DNA of 64,000 bases from Chitinophagales bacterium (GTDB lineage Bacteria; Bacteroidota; Bacteroidia; Chitinophagales; BACL12): positions 5,303-69,302 of the forward strand of contig JAIBBA010000002.1 in assembly GCA_019694895.1 (NCBI GenBank), given 5' to 3'. The stretch's first letter is position 1. Each line of letters opens with the position of its first letter. Position numbers and translations under genes: made by a program. Below are positions 56,129 through 64,000 of this stretch, one piece after another. Below the pieces are notes generated by a model. The model was given only the letters and a program-made list of their open reading frames with translations. It was not told the origin of the DNA and did not search any database.

Positions 56129-56159
56129 TTGCATATGAGGTACATGCCTCTTAGCTTTG
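56129..56159 (+). promoter_or_regulatory. Candidate Bacteroidota promoter for the major OmpA-family gene
   Basis: TTG at 56129-56131 and TAGCTTTG at 56152-56159, with a 20-nt spacer, about 68 nt upstream of the ATG. A second TAGCTTTG lies at 55981-55988, with a TTG 19 nt upstream of it. Confidence 0.4.
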
Positions 56160-56226
56160 CTCTCGATTATTATATGACATTTTTTATTTAACTGAATTAG
56201 CTTTTAACCACCTTAATTAATACGTC

Positions 56227-57834
56227 ATGATTAGTAGAAAACTCACGATTGCGATAGTACTGCTCTATAGCGGTCTTACTTTCGCACAGACATCTTCCTT
56301 TCCCCCTAAACCAACCGACCAATGGCAAATAGGTCTTAACCTCGGTCTCCCTATCATTCAGGGCGATTTGAGAGCTGAACCTTTCGGCGGTAACCACGCT
56401 CCTGCATTTGGTGTTGGTTTGAACGTTCGTAAAAGCCTTGGCTACATCGTTTCATTGCGTTTGCATGGAATGTATGCACAGACCTATGGAATGGACTACG
56501 TTCAGGGATCTTATGCTTACAACAAAACATTGAACGGTGCATTTTACGATGCGATCAATGTTGACGGCCAACCGGCAGAGAACTATTACTCTACAGGTGC
56601 CAACTACACCAACAACGTTTGGGTACCTAACTACAAGACTCAATTTGGTCATGGTTCATTGGATTTCATTGTGAATCTGAACAACCTGAACTTCCACCAG
56701 CACGATCCTAGGTTCTATGCTTATGCATATGCCGGCGTTGGTGCTATGGCTTACAATACCAAATATGATGCACTTGATGCTGATGGTAATCCTTATCCAT
56801 TCCAAACCATCCTCGAAGGTTTCGGATCTCAGAACACCTCTCAGAAAGAACGTCTCGACGCGTTACATGCTGCCCTTGATGGTGAGTATGAAACACAAGC
56901 CGAGGTAGCGAACCCTGCTGCTCGTGGTGCTGATGAAGTTCGTGCTACTTGGGTGCGAAACCCTTCAATCTCCGGCGGTTTCGGTGTGTCTATGCGCATC
57001 GGTTCTAAAATGGAATTGGGTCTCGATCAAAGAGCTACTCACTACTTCGATGACCTCGCTGACGGTCAGCGTTGGCAGTATGATGGTACATATTCCCCAC
57101 ACTACGACCTCTTAACTTATACTTCTTTGAACTTTGGTTATAACCTTGGTAAAGCTGAGTCTATCGATCCTATGTGGATGGTTAACCCACTTGCTGTTCT
57201 GTATGATCAAATGGCTGAGATCGATCCGGACAACATGTTGAAAGATACTGACAACGATGGTGTTATCGATCGTCTCGACAAAGAACCAAATACTCCTGAA
57301 GGAACTCCTGTTGATACTCACGGTGTTAGCCTCGATAGCGATAAAGACGGCTGCCCTGACTCAGAAGACCCTGAACCATTCTCTTCACCTGTTCTTCCTA
57401 TGGAAAATTGTCAGAACGTTCACCTGACTCAAGAATGGGTAGAAAGCTATGTTGATCAGCGCCTTTCTAAATACACTCCTGGAGCAAGCACAGACTGGAT
57501 CCTGCCTTATATCTTCTTCGATCTTGGCAAATCTAACATCCGCCCTGACGCTGTTCCTGCTCTTAACCAGGTTGCTGACCTGATGAAACGCTACGACAAA
57601 TTGAGCGTAGAAGTTGTAGGTCACACTGATACTCGTGCCAGCGAAGAATTCAACATGAAATTGTCTGAAGACCGCGCTCGTAACGCCATCAACTACCTGA
57701 CAAGCAAAGGTGTTCCTGAAAGCCGCCTCAAAATAGTTTACAAAGGCGAAACTGAAAACCTTATCAAAGACGCGAACGAAGAAGCAGAACACCAAATGAA
57801 CCGTCGCGTTGAGTTCCACATTATTAAAAACTGA
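56227..57834 (+). CDS. Major OmpA-family outer-membrane protein: N-terminal beta-barrel, thrombospondin type-3 repeats and an OmpA_C domain; 535 aa
   Basis: Signal peptide, a barrel-like Gly/aromatic pattern, TSP3 repeats (DTDNDGVIDRLDKEPNTPEGTPVDTHGVSLDSDKDGCPDSEDPEP), and a canonical OmpA_C (VVGHTDTRASEEFNMKLSEDRARNAINYL...NRRVEFHI). Confidence 0.92.
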   Translation: MISRKLTIAIVLLYSGLTFAQTSSFPPKPTDQWQIGLNLGLPIIQGDLRAEPFGGNHAPAFGVGLNVRKSLGYIVSLRLHGMYAQTYGMDYVQGSYAYNKTLNGAFYDAINVDGQPAENYYSTGANYTNNVWVPNYKTQFGHGSLDFIVNLNNLNFHQHDPRFYAYAYAGVGAMAYNTKYDALDADGNPYPFQTILEGFGSQNTSQKERLDALHAALDGEYETQAEVANPAARGADEVRATWVRNPSISGGFGVSMRIGSKMELGLDQRATHYFDDLADGQRWQYDGTYSPHYDLLTYTSLNFGYNLGKAESIDPMWMVNPLAVLYDQMAEIDPDNMLKDTDNDGVIDRLDKEPNTPEGTPVDTHGVSLDSDKDGCPDSEDPEPFSSPVLPMENCQNVHLTQEWVESYVDQRLSKYTPGASTDWILPYIFFDLGKSNIRPDAVPALNQVADLMKRYDKLSVEVVGHTDTRASEEFNMKLSEDRARNAINYLTSKGVPESRLKIVYKGETENLIKDANEEAEHQMNRRVEFHIIKN

Positions 57835-57850
57835 TTCATATATATAATCA

Positions 57851-57879
57851 TGACAGCCAAAGGGGTGCAGCAATGCACC
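57851..57879 (+). terminator. Strong rho-independent terminator after the OmpA-family gene
   Basis: AGGGGTGCA(gcaa)TGCACCCCT: a 9-bp GC-rich stem with a tetraloop, then T8. Confidence 0.9.
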
Positions 57880-57934
57880 CCTTTTTTTTATTTATATAAA
57901 CTGATATTTCTAATTAAGCTTAAAATGCATTAAA

Positions 57935-58744
57935 TTGCATATTACAATTTCTCCATTTTTGTTGCTACGATGTAAAATATTGGCGCTTGTTTTTGTTGTG
58001 TATCTGCTAAATCCGGTACATGCTCAGAATAACGATAATGAGTCGAAAGCACACAAGCATCGGCGATTGTTTCACCGGCAAGTTATTTGTGTTTATTATC
58101 CTAATCCGCTTTCGTATTTATACGATTTTCCGGCATATACTTCTGAATTGGATACGATGGATAGCGATATGGATGGCGTTGTTAATCGCTATGATAAGGA
58201 ACCGAATACGCCAGCTTTATCTCCTGTAGACATTCACGGTGCGAGCCTCGATAGCGATAGAGATGGTTGTATTGATGCGGAAGACCCCGAGCCGTATTCT
58301 GATGTATTTGATTCAATGGTTGATTGCCATAATGTTTATAAGGAAATTCCGCTCACAATAGAAAGTTGTGCTCACCTGCGACTAGATAATCAATTGTCAG
58401 GTGCAGATGATTGGATACTTCCCTTCATATTTTTTGACGCACATAAAGCTGATATCAGACCTGATGCGGAAGCGGCCTTAACAATGATTGCTGAAATAAT
58501 GATAAGGTATCCGATGCTGAGTATCAGGGCGTATGGATTTTCAGCTGGTGGCGTCGAGAAAGATTCCTCAGCACTGCTGGTTGAAAGGCGCATAATTAGT
58601 TCTGTTAATTATCTCATTGAACTTGGTGTTCCGGAAGACAGGATTTCCGTAGTAAAATATAGAAAGCCAAAACAGATATTTTACGACGGTGATATTGTAG
58701 AAGGTTTTCCTCGTATAGTTGAGTTTTGGATTGAAAGCAACTAA
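57935..58744 (+). CDS. Barrel-less TSP3/OmpA_C paralog with degenerate peptidoglycan-binding residues. No ATG start; it may be decaying.
   Basis: TSP3 repeats (DSDMDGVVNRYDKEPNTPALSPVDIHGASLDSDRDGCIDAEDPEP). The OmpA_C-like region has GHTD replaced by GFSA and NRRVE replaced by PRIVE. Only TTG codons (57935, 57959, 57962) precede the signal-like LRCKILALVFVVYLLNPVHAQ. Confidence 0.6.
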   Translation: MHITISPFLLLRCKILALVFVVYLLNPVHAQNNDNESKAHKHRRLFHRQVICVYYPNPLSYLYDFPAYTSELDTMDSDMDGVVNRYDKEPNTPALSPVDIHGASLDSDRDGCIDAEDPEPYSDVFDSMVDCHNVYKEIPLTIESCAHLRLDNQLSGADDWILPFIFFDAHKADIRPDAEAALTMIAEIMIRYPMLSIRAYGFSAGGVEKDSSALLVERRIISSVNYLIELGVPEDRISVVKYRKPKQIFYDGDIVEGFPRIVEFWIESN

Positions 58745-58803
58745 ACACCTAAGGAAGTGATTCTAAGATGTATCTATATAAGCTAACCTGCAATCTATAG
58801 CGC

Positions 58804-59574
58804 ATGAAACTCACTCTTTTATGGATATTAATTTGCCTTACGCATCTGTGTTATGCAAAAAACGCATTATCGGATTCAGTCAAATTTAATTCCTATCGGG
58901 TTACTGTTGACATTAACGAAAATCAAGTTATTTTCTCGTTTTTTCCACTTAATTATATTATTTGCCAGGTGTATTTTGATCCGGATTCACTCTTGTTGGA
59001 TGATGATAATGATGGCGTATATAATACAATCGACTTGGAGCCCAATTCAGATGATTGGGCCGCAGATATACACGGAGTAACATTAGACTCAGACCACGAT
59101 GGTTGTCCTGACCACTTAGATGAAGAACCTTATTCAAGCCCTGTATTGCCTATGGAGAATTGTGTGAATGTAAGCATAGGCTGCATTTGGGATGTTGGAG
59201 TATCAGGTAGAGAATATGTGGAGCATGCATACACTACCTGGTGTTTACCCTATATTTTTTTTGATCCGGCAGAAGCTGTTATCCGCCCCGATGCTGTTCC
59301 TTCTCTAAATCAAATTGCCGACATTTTAATACGCTACGATAAATTAACCTTACGTGTTGTTGGTTACAGCGATTCCACATCCGATGAAGGAGTCAACGTA
59401 AAATTATCTGCAGATCGTGCCGGCGAAGTCGTCAACTACCTGCATTCAAAAGGTGTTCCTGAAAGCCGCCTGATAGTTGTTTATAAAGGTGAAACTTCAG
59501 ACCATATCAAAAATGAGAAAAGTGTGGTAGAACACCAATTGTACCGTCGCGTTGAATTATATTTTGAAAGGTAG
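58804..59574 (+). CDS. Barrel-less TSP3/OmpA_C paralog, 256 aa
   Basis: Signal peptide MKLTLLWILICLTHLCYA. TSP3 repeats (DDDNDGVYNTIDLEPNSDDWAADIHGVTLDSDHDGCPDHLDEEP). OmpA_C with VVGYSDSTSDEGVNVKLSADRAGEVVNYL...YRRVELYF. Confidence 0.85.
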   Translation: MKLTLLWILICLTHLCYAKNALSDSVKFNSYRVTVDINENQVIFSFFPLNYIICQVYFDPDSLLLDDDNDGVYNTIDLEPNSDDWAADIHGVTLDSDHDGCPDHLDEEPYSSPVLPMENCVNVSIGCIWDVGVSGREYVEHAYTTWCLPYIFFDPAEAVIRPDAVPSLNQIADILIRYDKLTLRVVGYSDSTSDEGVNVKLSADRAGEVVNYLHSKGVPESRLIVVYKGETSDHIKNEKSVVEHQLYRRVELYFER

Positions 59575-60903
59575 GCGAGAGGTAATTATTTTGGATTCAA
59601 TCATGGGGGAATGAATTAATTCATAAGCCGCAAATCCGATCACCATTACATATTCTATCCAAACAAAGGTCATGTTTTCAATGTAGGCAGGAGTGATATA
59701 GGTGTAGTAGGATAAATAGATTAGCAGAGACCATAAAATAGGATACCTCAGTCCGCTTAATACCGATAGCAATATCAATGGTGCCAGGTACCATGGATGA
59801 ACGGTTGTTGCAAGAAGTAAATAAATAGAAAAGGCTATCAGCATACCCGCATACCAATACTGTTTTTTGTAAACCGCACTGAACACCAAAATCAAAAATG
59901 CTGCAATAAAGGGTAGGCTTCCCCGCATATTGCTGAAAGCTTCGTAATTGACATCCTTATCGAAGAAATATTTGCCGATATAAAATATGGATGCATTGAA
60001 TTCGAATTGCTGAAAATAGAGATTGAAGCTGCCGGTGATTTTTGAGAACTCTATCAACATGGGTAATAGAAAAATAATTGCCGTAACTCCTGCGATAACT
60101 GAATAACGCATGGTTTGTTTAAAACCGATTTGACGAAATAACAACGGCATCAACATCAAAGGCCATAGCTTTGTTGCAATGGCAAGTCCAAACGAAATTG
60201 CCGATAGCCAAAGATTGTTTTTGTTAAAATAATATATTGACAATAATGAGAAGAAAACCATTGTACTTTCAAGATGCATATTTCCTGAAAGCTCAACAAT
60301 AATCAAGGGGTTTAAGATATACCAGGCGGCATGTCCGACATTGATATGTAATTGTTTAAGCACTTTTGGCAATAGGAATATGGTTCCGCATTCAAAAGCA
60401 AGTAGTATTATTTTGATTACCAGAATCTGTATATCCCAATTACTGCCACCGATGAGTGCACCAATGGCATAGATTGCTTGCGCAATTGGAGGGTAAATAC
60501 TGATATATTGGGCTGAATTTAAACTATTAAATAAATGATCATCCAAGGTGGAAATACCAAAATAGCCTTCAGCACGCACTTGTTCAGGAATTGATGCATA
60601 AGGGTTGAAGCCATGTGTTACAAGTTGACCATCCCAAAGAAATCTAAAATGATCGTCGGTGAGATTTGGTAATGCAAAGGTGGCAATCAATCGAAGCAGG
60701 ATACCGGCGATAATTATTTCACCAAGATAATTTGTTCTTTCACTGCTTCGTGCGAGCAAGAAATACAGTGCAAACATGCCGGCGTAAATCGCAATTAACT
60801 GTATAAAATTTTCTCGTGAGGTGAAATACAATAATATCGTACACAAAAAACCGTACAACACGTAGGCGGCTATTTGCCATGTACGAGTTGTACGGTTTTC
60901 CAT
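59557..60903 (-). CDS. GT-C-fold polytopic membrane glycosyltransferase (DUF2029 / GT87 / PIG-M-like), 448 aa
   Basis: About 12 TM helices. The first loop carries an acidic motif, LPNLTDDHFRFLWDGQLVTHGFNPY, which is typical of polyprenyl-phosphate-sugar-dependent GT-C enzymes. It is the last gene of a same-strand GT cluster. Confidence 0.7.
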   Translation of the reverse strand: MENRTTRTWQIAAYVLYGFLCTILLYFTSRENFIQLIAIYAGMFALYFLLARSSERTNYLGEIIIAGILLRLIATFALPNLTDDHFRFLWDGQLVTHGFNPYASIPEQVRAEGYFGISTLDDHLFNSLNSAQYISIYPPIAQAIYAIGALIGGSNWDIQILVIKIILLAFECGTIFLLPKVLKQLHINVGHAAWYILNPLIIVELSGNMHLESTMVFFSLLSIYYFNKNNLWLSAISFGLAIATKLWPLMLMPLLFRQIGFKQTMRYSVIAGVTAIIFLLPMLIEFSKITGSFNLYFQQFEFNASIFYIGKYFFDKDVNYEAFSNMRGSLPFIAAFLILVFSAVYKKQYWYAGMLIAFSIYLLLATTVHPWYLAPLILLSVLSGLRYPILWSLLIYLSYYTYITPAYIENMTFVWIEYVMVIGFAAYELIHSPMIESKIITSRLPFKI

Positions 60904-60913
60904 TAGTTATTTT

Positions 60914-62389
60914 TTAGTTAGACCTTGCGTGTTTGAAAGAGAAATAGAAGATCAACGCAAATCCCATGAATGCCATGATATGGAATGGCAACAGTCCATA
61001 ATCCTGATAATAGATACCCATGATAATTCCAGAAAGGAAATACAAACTGAATATACCTTCAAGATAGGTAATAGGACTTACACGCGATGCTACATATTTC
61101 TTTTTCTTCCAGATATCGCCTGAGTTGTTGATTGCAAATTTAGGTGTGCGAACAAATGCTGTTTGTTGACCTAACCATCCGCGAAAAACTGCCCATGCAT
61201 TATGCAGGCTCATACCCATTGTGATGGCAAGGAAAACAGGGAAGCGTGAAATATATACTTTCACGGTTTGTCCTACAGTTTTCTCGCGTTGCAGGGTGCT
61301 GATATAATAAGCATATGCGATGGCGATAGAGCCCATTAAGAAAATAGAGGCGTATTTAAAATAATTAAAGTCGATATAATGATTTTTAATAAACAGCAGT
61401 GGCACGCTCAATATTGCTGTAATCAAAATAAAAATGTAATTCGTTGTATTAAATAAGTGCGCGATTGCATGCAATTTAATTCGTATAGGTAATTCGGCAC
61501 CCATAACACGGCGACCAATTTTGCGCGCTGTTTCTGCACCACCTTTGTTCCAGCGGAATTGCTGTGATTTCAGTGCATTCATATCGGTAGGTAATTCTGC
61601 GGGAGCAACTACGTCTTCCACATATTTGAATTTCCAGCCTTTTAATTGAGCGCGGTAGCTAAGATCCAGATCTTCAGTTAAGGTATCACTGTTCCATCCA
61701 CCTGCATCATCGATAGCAGTTCGACGCCATATACCGGCAGTACCATTGAAATTGATGAAATAACCGGCGGCATTGCGACCTTGTTGTTCGATGGTGAAAT
61801 GCATATCCAATGCAAATGCCTGCATTTTAGTGAGGATAGAATAATCCTTGTTAATATGTTCCCAACGCGCTTGTACTACACCGATCTTTTCATCGGTAAG
61901 GAAATACGGGATGGTTTTTTTCAGGAAGTCGGGATATGGCACAAAGTCGGCATCAAAAATGGCCACGTATTCGCCTTTTGCAGTTTGCAAACCGTATTCC
62001 AGGGCGCCGGCTTTAAATCCTTTGCGGATTGGGCGTTTAACCTGAACAATGTTTATGCCTTGTTGCTTATAGAAATCTACCTTTTTACGGGCGATCTCAA
62101 AGCTTTCGTCTGTAGAGTCGTCGAGTAGTTGGATTTCGAGTTTATCTTTTGGATAATCGAAAGCGGCAACTGCGTCGATAAGGCGTTCAACAACATAGAG
62201 TTCGTTGTAAACAGGAAGTTGAACAGTAACCATTGGGTATTCCGATTCAGGACCTTTGAAGGTTGCTTCTTCGGCTTCCATACGGCGCTTATAGCGGATG
62301 TAGTGAATAGCCAGGCTCAACTGCATGATACAGTAGAAGAAAAGGAGTGTGATGGCAATGGTGTAAATGACGATGATGGTGATCGACAT
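60914..62389 (-). CDS. Processive family-2 glycosyltransferase (cellulose synthase / CslA-like) with flanking TM helices, 491 aa
   Basis: D,D,D,QxxRW signature: LLDDSTD, AIFDADF, TEDLDLS and QQFRWNKGG. One N-terminal and several C-terminal TM helices. Confidence 0.88.
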   Translation of the reverse strand: MSITIIVIYTIAITLLFFYCIMQLSLAIHYIRYKRRMEAEEATFKGPESEYPMVTVQLPVYNELYVVERLIDAVAAFDYPKDKLEIQLLDDSTDESFEIARKKVDFYKQQGINIVQVKRPIRKGFKAGALEYGLQTAKGEYVAIFDADFVPYPDFLKKTIPYFLTDEKIGVVQARWEHINKDYSILTKMQAFALDMHFTIEQQGRNAAGYFINFNGTAGIWRRTAIDDAGGWNSDTLTEDLDLSYRAQLKGWKFKYVEDVVAPAELPTDMNALKSQQFRWNKGGAETARKIGRRVMGAELPIRIKLHAIAHLFNTTNYIFILITAILSVPLLFIKNHYIDFNYFKYASIFLMGSIAIAYAYYISTLQREKTVGQTVKVYISRFPVFLAITMGMSLHNAWAVFRGWLGQQTAFVRTPKFAINNSGDIWKKKKYVASRVSPITYLEGIFSLYFLSGIIMGIYYQDYGLLPFHIMAFMGFALIFYFSFKHARSN

Positions 62390-62403
62390 GTAGAGAGGTT
62401 AGG

Positions 62404-63096
62404 TTAGTAATATTTTAAAATTGTTGTAATGATCTTGTATCCGGCCATGATGGTTCCTTTCACTGTACCTGTGACCTTCGAAACTCCAATTCTTGGGCGA
62501 TAGTTCACCGGCACTTCGGTAAAGCGCAGTTTCTTTTTGGCTGCCTTCACCTGCATTTCTACCGTCCATCCATAATTCGTGTCGCGCATTTCAAGCGATT
62601 CAAGTGCTTTCCAGGTAATAGCCCTGAAAGGTCCCAGGTCGCTGAATCTTGCTCCAAACAACCAGAGGATCATGCTTGTGGCAAGCCAATTGCCGAAGAT
62701 CTGCTGTGGGGCCATGCTTCCTTTAATGCGAGTGCCTTTTTCCCTGCTGCCGATCACCATTTCGAACCCTTGTTCTGTAATCGGCCTGATCAGGTCAGGC
62801 ATTTGCTCCGGATAGTCGGAATAATCTCCATCAATGAACACTACTATATCCGGTTGTTGCTCTACCGGTTTTCTCCTGATATGGGCTATGCCCTTCAAAC
62901 AGGCAGAACCATATCCCCTCCGCGCTTCTAACAGCACTGTGGCACCTTTGCTCCGGGCGATTTCTGCGGTATTATCGGTTGAACCATTGTTCACTACGAT
63001 TACCTCTTCGACCAGTCCGGCGGGAATATCATTTAACACGTGACCAATAGACCCGCTTTCGTTAAAAACCGGGATGATTACATTGATCTTTGCCAT
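62404..63096 (-). CDS. Small soluble family-2 glycosyltransferase (polyprenyl-phosphate sugar synthase / DPM1-like), 230 aa
   Basis: MAKINVIIPVFNES, VVNNGSTDNT and FIDGDYSD (DxD). There is no TM domain. The start was moved to the ATG at 63096. Confidence 0.85.
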   Translation of the reverse strand: MAKINVIIPVFNESGSIGHVLNDIPAGLVEEVIVVNNGSTDNTAEIARSKGATVLLEARRGYGSACLKGIAHIRRKPVEQQPDIVVFIDGDYSDYPEQMPDLIRPITEQGFEMVIGSREKGTRIKGSMAPQQIFGNWLATSMILWLFGARFSDLGPFRAITWKALESLEMRDTNYGWTVEMQVKAAKKKLRFTEVPVNYRPRIGVSKVTGTVKGTIMAGYKIITTILKYY

Positions 63097-63171
63097 GGCT
63101 TTTCCGTTCCCGTGCCCTTCTCTGAAAAAGTGCACAAAGTTACCGCTTTTAAACAGTATAAACCTAATATG

Positions 63172-64000
63172 TCAGGAGAGAATTTTCAAGTCGTCGGATG
63201 TGAATAACACCTCAGTCCGGCTTGGATTTTCGGGGCCTGTTTCCAGTTTTAGGACACCTCTTGGGCATACGGCAGCACAAACGCCGCAGCCGACACAGCT
63301 TGCTCTCACAATATTTTGACCACGCTGGGCGTAAGCACGAACGTCGATACCCATCTCGCAATAAGTGCTGCAATTTCCGCAGGATATGCACTGGGCGCCG
63401 TTTGTAGTGATGCGGAAGCGCGATTTGAAGCGTTGGATGATACCCATGTAAGCTGCCATCGGGCAACCAAAACGGCACCAAACCCTGCTACCCATAAGCG
63501 GATAGAAACCCACGCCGATCACCCCACTGAATACCATGCCTATGGCGAAACTGTATCCCTTGGCTATCCATTTTGCCGAAGAACCCAGCAATTGATTGTG
63601 CATAGAATTATCTATGAGCAAAGCTGCCGTAATCAAAGTGATAGCTCCGAGCACAGAGTAGATGGTGATACGTTCAATTTTCCAGGCTTTCAGGCTCTTA
63701 TCTGAAAGATGGCGGAAGGGGTCTCCTGCAGTTTCTGCCAATCCACCGCATCCGCATACCCAACTGCAATACCATCGCTTGCCAAAAAAGTAAGTGAGTA
63801 TAGGTGTGGCGATGAATGCCATTACTGCTCCCCAGAATAAAAAGAAAACACCCAAGTTTCCCTGGTCTTTGAAATAATTTATAGAATTTGGAAAGAAAGC
63901 ATCATAATCAAGTGGCCAGAAATAACTGTAATAAGGTTCGAAATTATAGAGCGCTTTCATTACGGCAGGTATAATCCATGCAAATCCAAATTGAAAAAAC
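63172..64000 (-). CDS. NapH/MauN/CcoG-like membrane polyferredoxin (4Fe-4S binding), probably 5'-truncated by the window edge
   Basis: Membrane CxxCxxxC-type motifs (WYCSWVCGCGG; VWCRFGCP) plus two ferredoxin motifs (CISCGNCSTYCE; CVGCGVCAAVCP). The first in-window ATG is at 63960, but the frame stays open and hydrophobic (FFQFGFAWIIPAV) up to base 64000. Confidence 0.8.
   Translation of the reverse strand, partial: FFQFGFAWIIPAVMKALYNFEPYYSYFWPLDYDAFFPNSINYFKDQGNLGVFFLFWGAVMAFIATPILTYFFGKRWYCSWVCGCGGLAETAGDPFRHLSDKSLKAWKIERITIYSVLGAITLITAALLIDNSMHNQLLGSSAKWIAKGYSFAIGMVFSGVIGVGFYPLMGSRVWCRFGCPMAAYMGIIQRFKSRFRITTNGAQCISCGNCSTYCEMGIDVRAYAQRGQNIVRASCVGCGVCAAVCPRGVLKLETGPENPSRTEVLFTSDDLKILS

Noticed and set aside
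57385-57873. A 162-aa antisense ORF over the OmpA_C region, together with other nested or antisense ORFs (4622-4981, 5000-5338, 16618-17031, 41794-42325, 43114-43971).
   Set aside because: All are embedded opposite confidently assigned genes, lack motifs, and are of the size expected by chance at this base composition.
1-64000. Scanned the gaps for tRNA, rRNA, tmRNA or riboswitch-like elements.
   Set aside because: All spacers longer than 150 nt (440-657, 2521-2908, 4445-4606, 14936-15110, 23272-23454, 55895-56226) were read, and none shows a cloverleaf-like or known riboswitch pattern that I can recognise. A tRNAscan or Infernal run would be needed to be certain.

Overview
This looks like a chromosomal segment of a Bacteroidota bacterium that has type IX secretion (T9SS) and gliding motility. 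The taxonomic call rests on gldH, a PorP/SprF gene, SprB repeats, a Bat aerotolerance operon, TAnnTTTG-type promoter boxes, and many T9SS C-terminal sorting domains. I count about 58 protein-coding genes, tightly packed, with many 1-nt and 4-nt stop/start overlaps. I saw no rRNA, tRNA, CRISPR array, transposase or integrase by eye.

Gene content, left to right:
- the tail of a T9SS cargo gene, an OM beta-barrel protein and a 2OG-Fe(II) oxygenase;
- a 388-bp spacer filled by a polypurine tract and a 24-bp minisatellite;
- asnS, then rpoN with a coupled membrane protein;
- a nine-gene moxR-DUF58-DUF4381-batABCDE operon;
- a redox islet (OsmC, group III truncated hemoglobin, PTPS/QueD, glutathione peroxidase);
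- holB, a PSP1/RicT gene and gldH;
- two paralogous T9SS-secreted sulfatases flanking xth;
- an orphan porP/sprF gene and a nitroreductase;
- a signal-peptide WD40 protein directly downstream of two large type-B T9SS cargo genes;
- a conserved envelope block (flippase, dut, nucleotidyltransferase, TPR, DUF4292, M23/EnvC);
- glyQS;
- a pump-less arsR-arsN2-arsM cluster;
- more T9SS cargo, an ABC-F ATPase and a DUF2461 protein;
- a tandem triplet of TSP3/OmpA genes;
- a glycosyltransferase operon (GT-C, processive GT2, small GT2) headed by a NapH/CcoG-like membrane polyferredoxin.

No canonical defence or mobile system is visible. The most unusual things are:
- the WD40 gene sitting where a PorP/SprF adaptor gene is normally found;
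- one cargo module fused to the two different T9SS CTD classes;
- the OmpA triplet with a degenerate middle copy;
- the polyferredoxin-glycosyltransferase operon;
- the frame-preserving minisatellite.

All calls come from reading the translations and the DNA. No searches were run.
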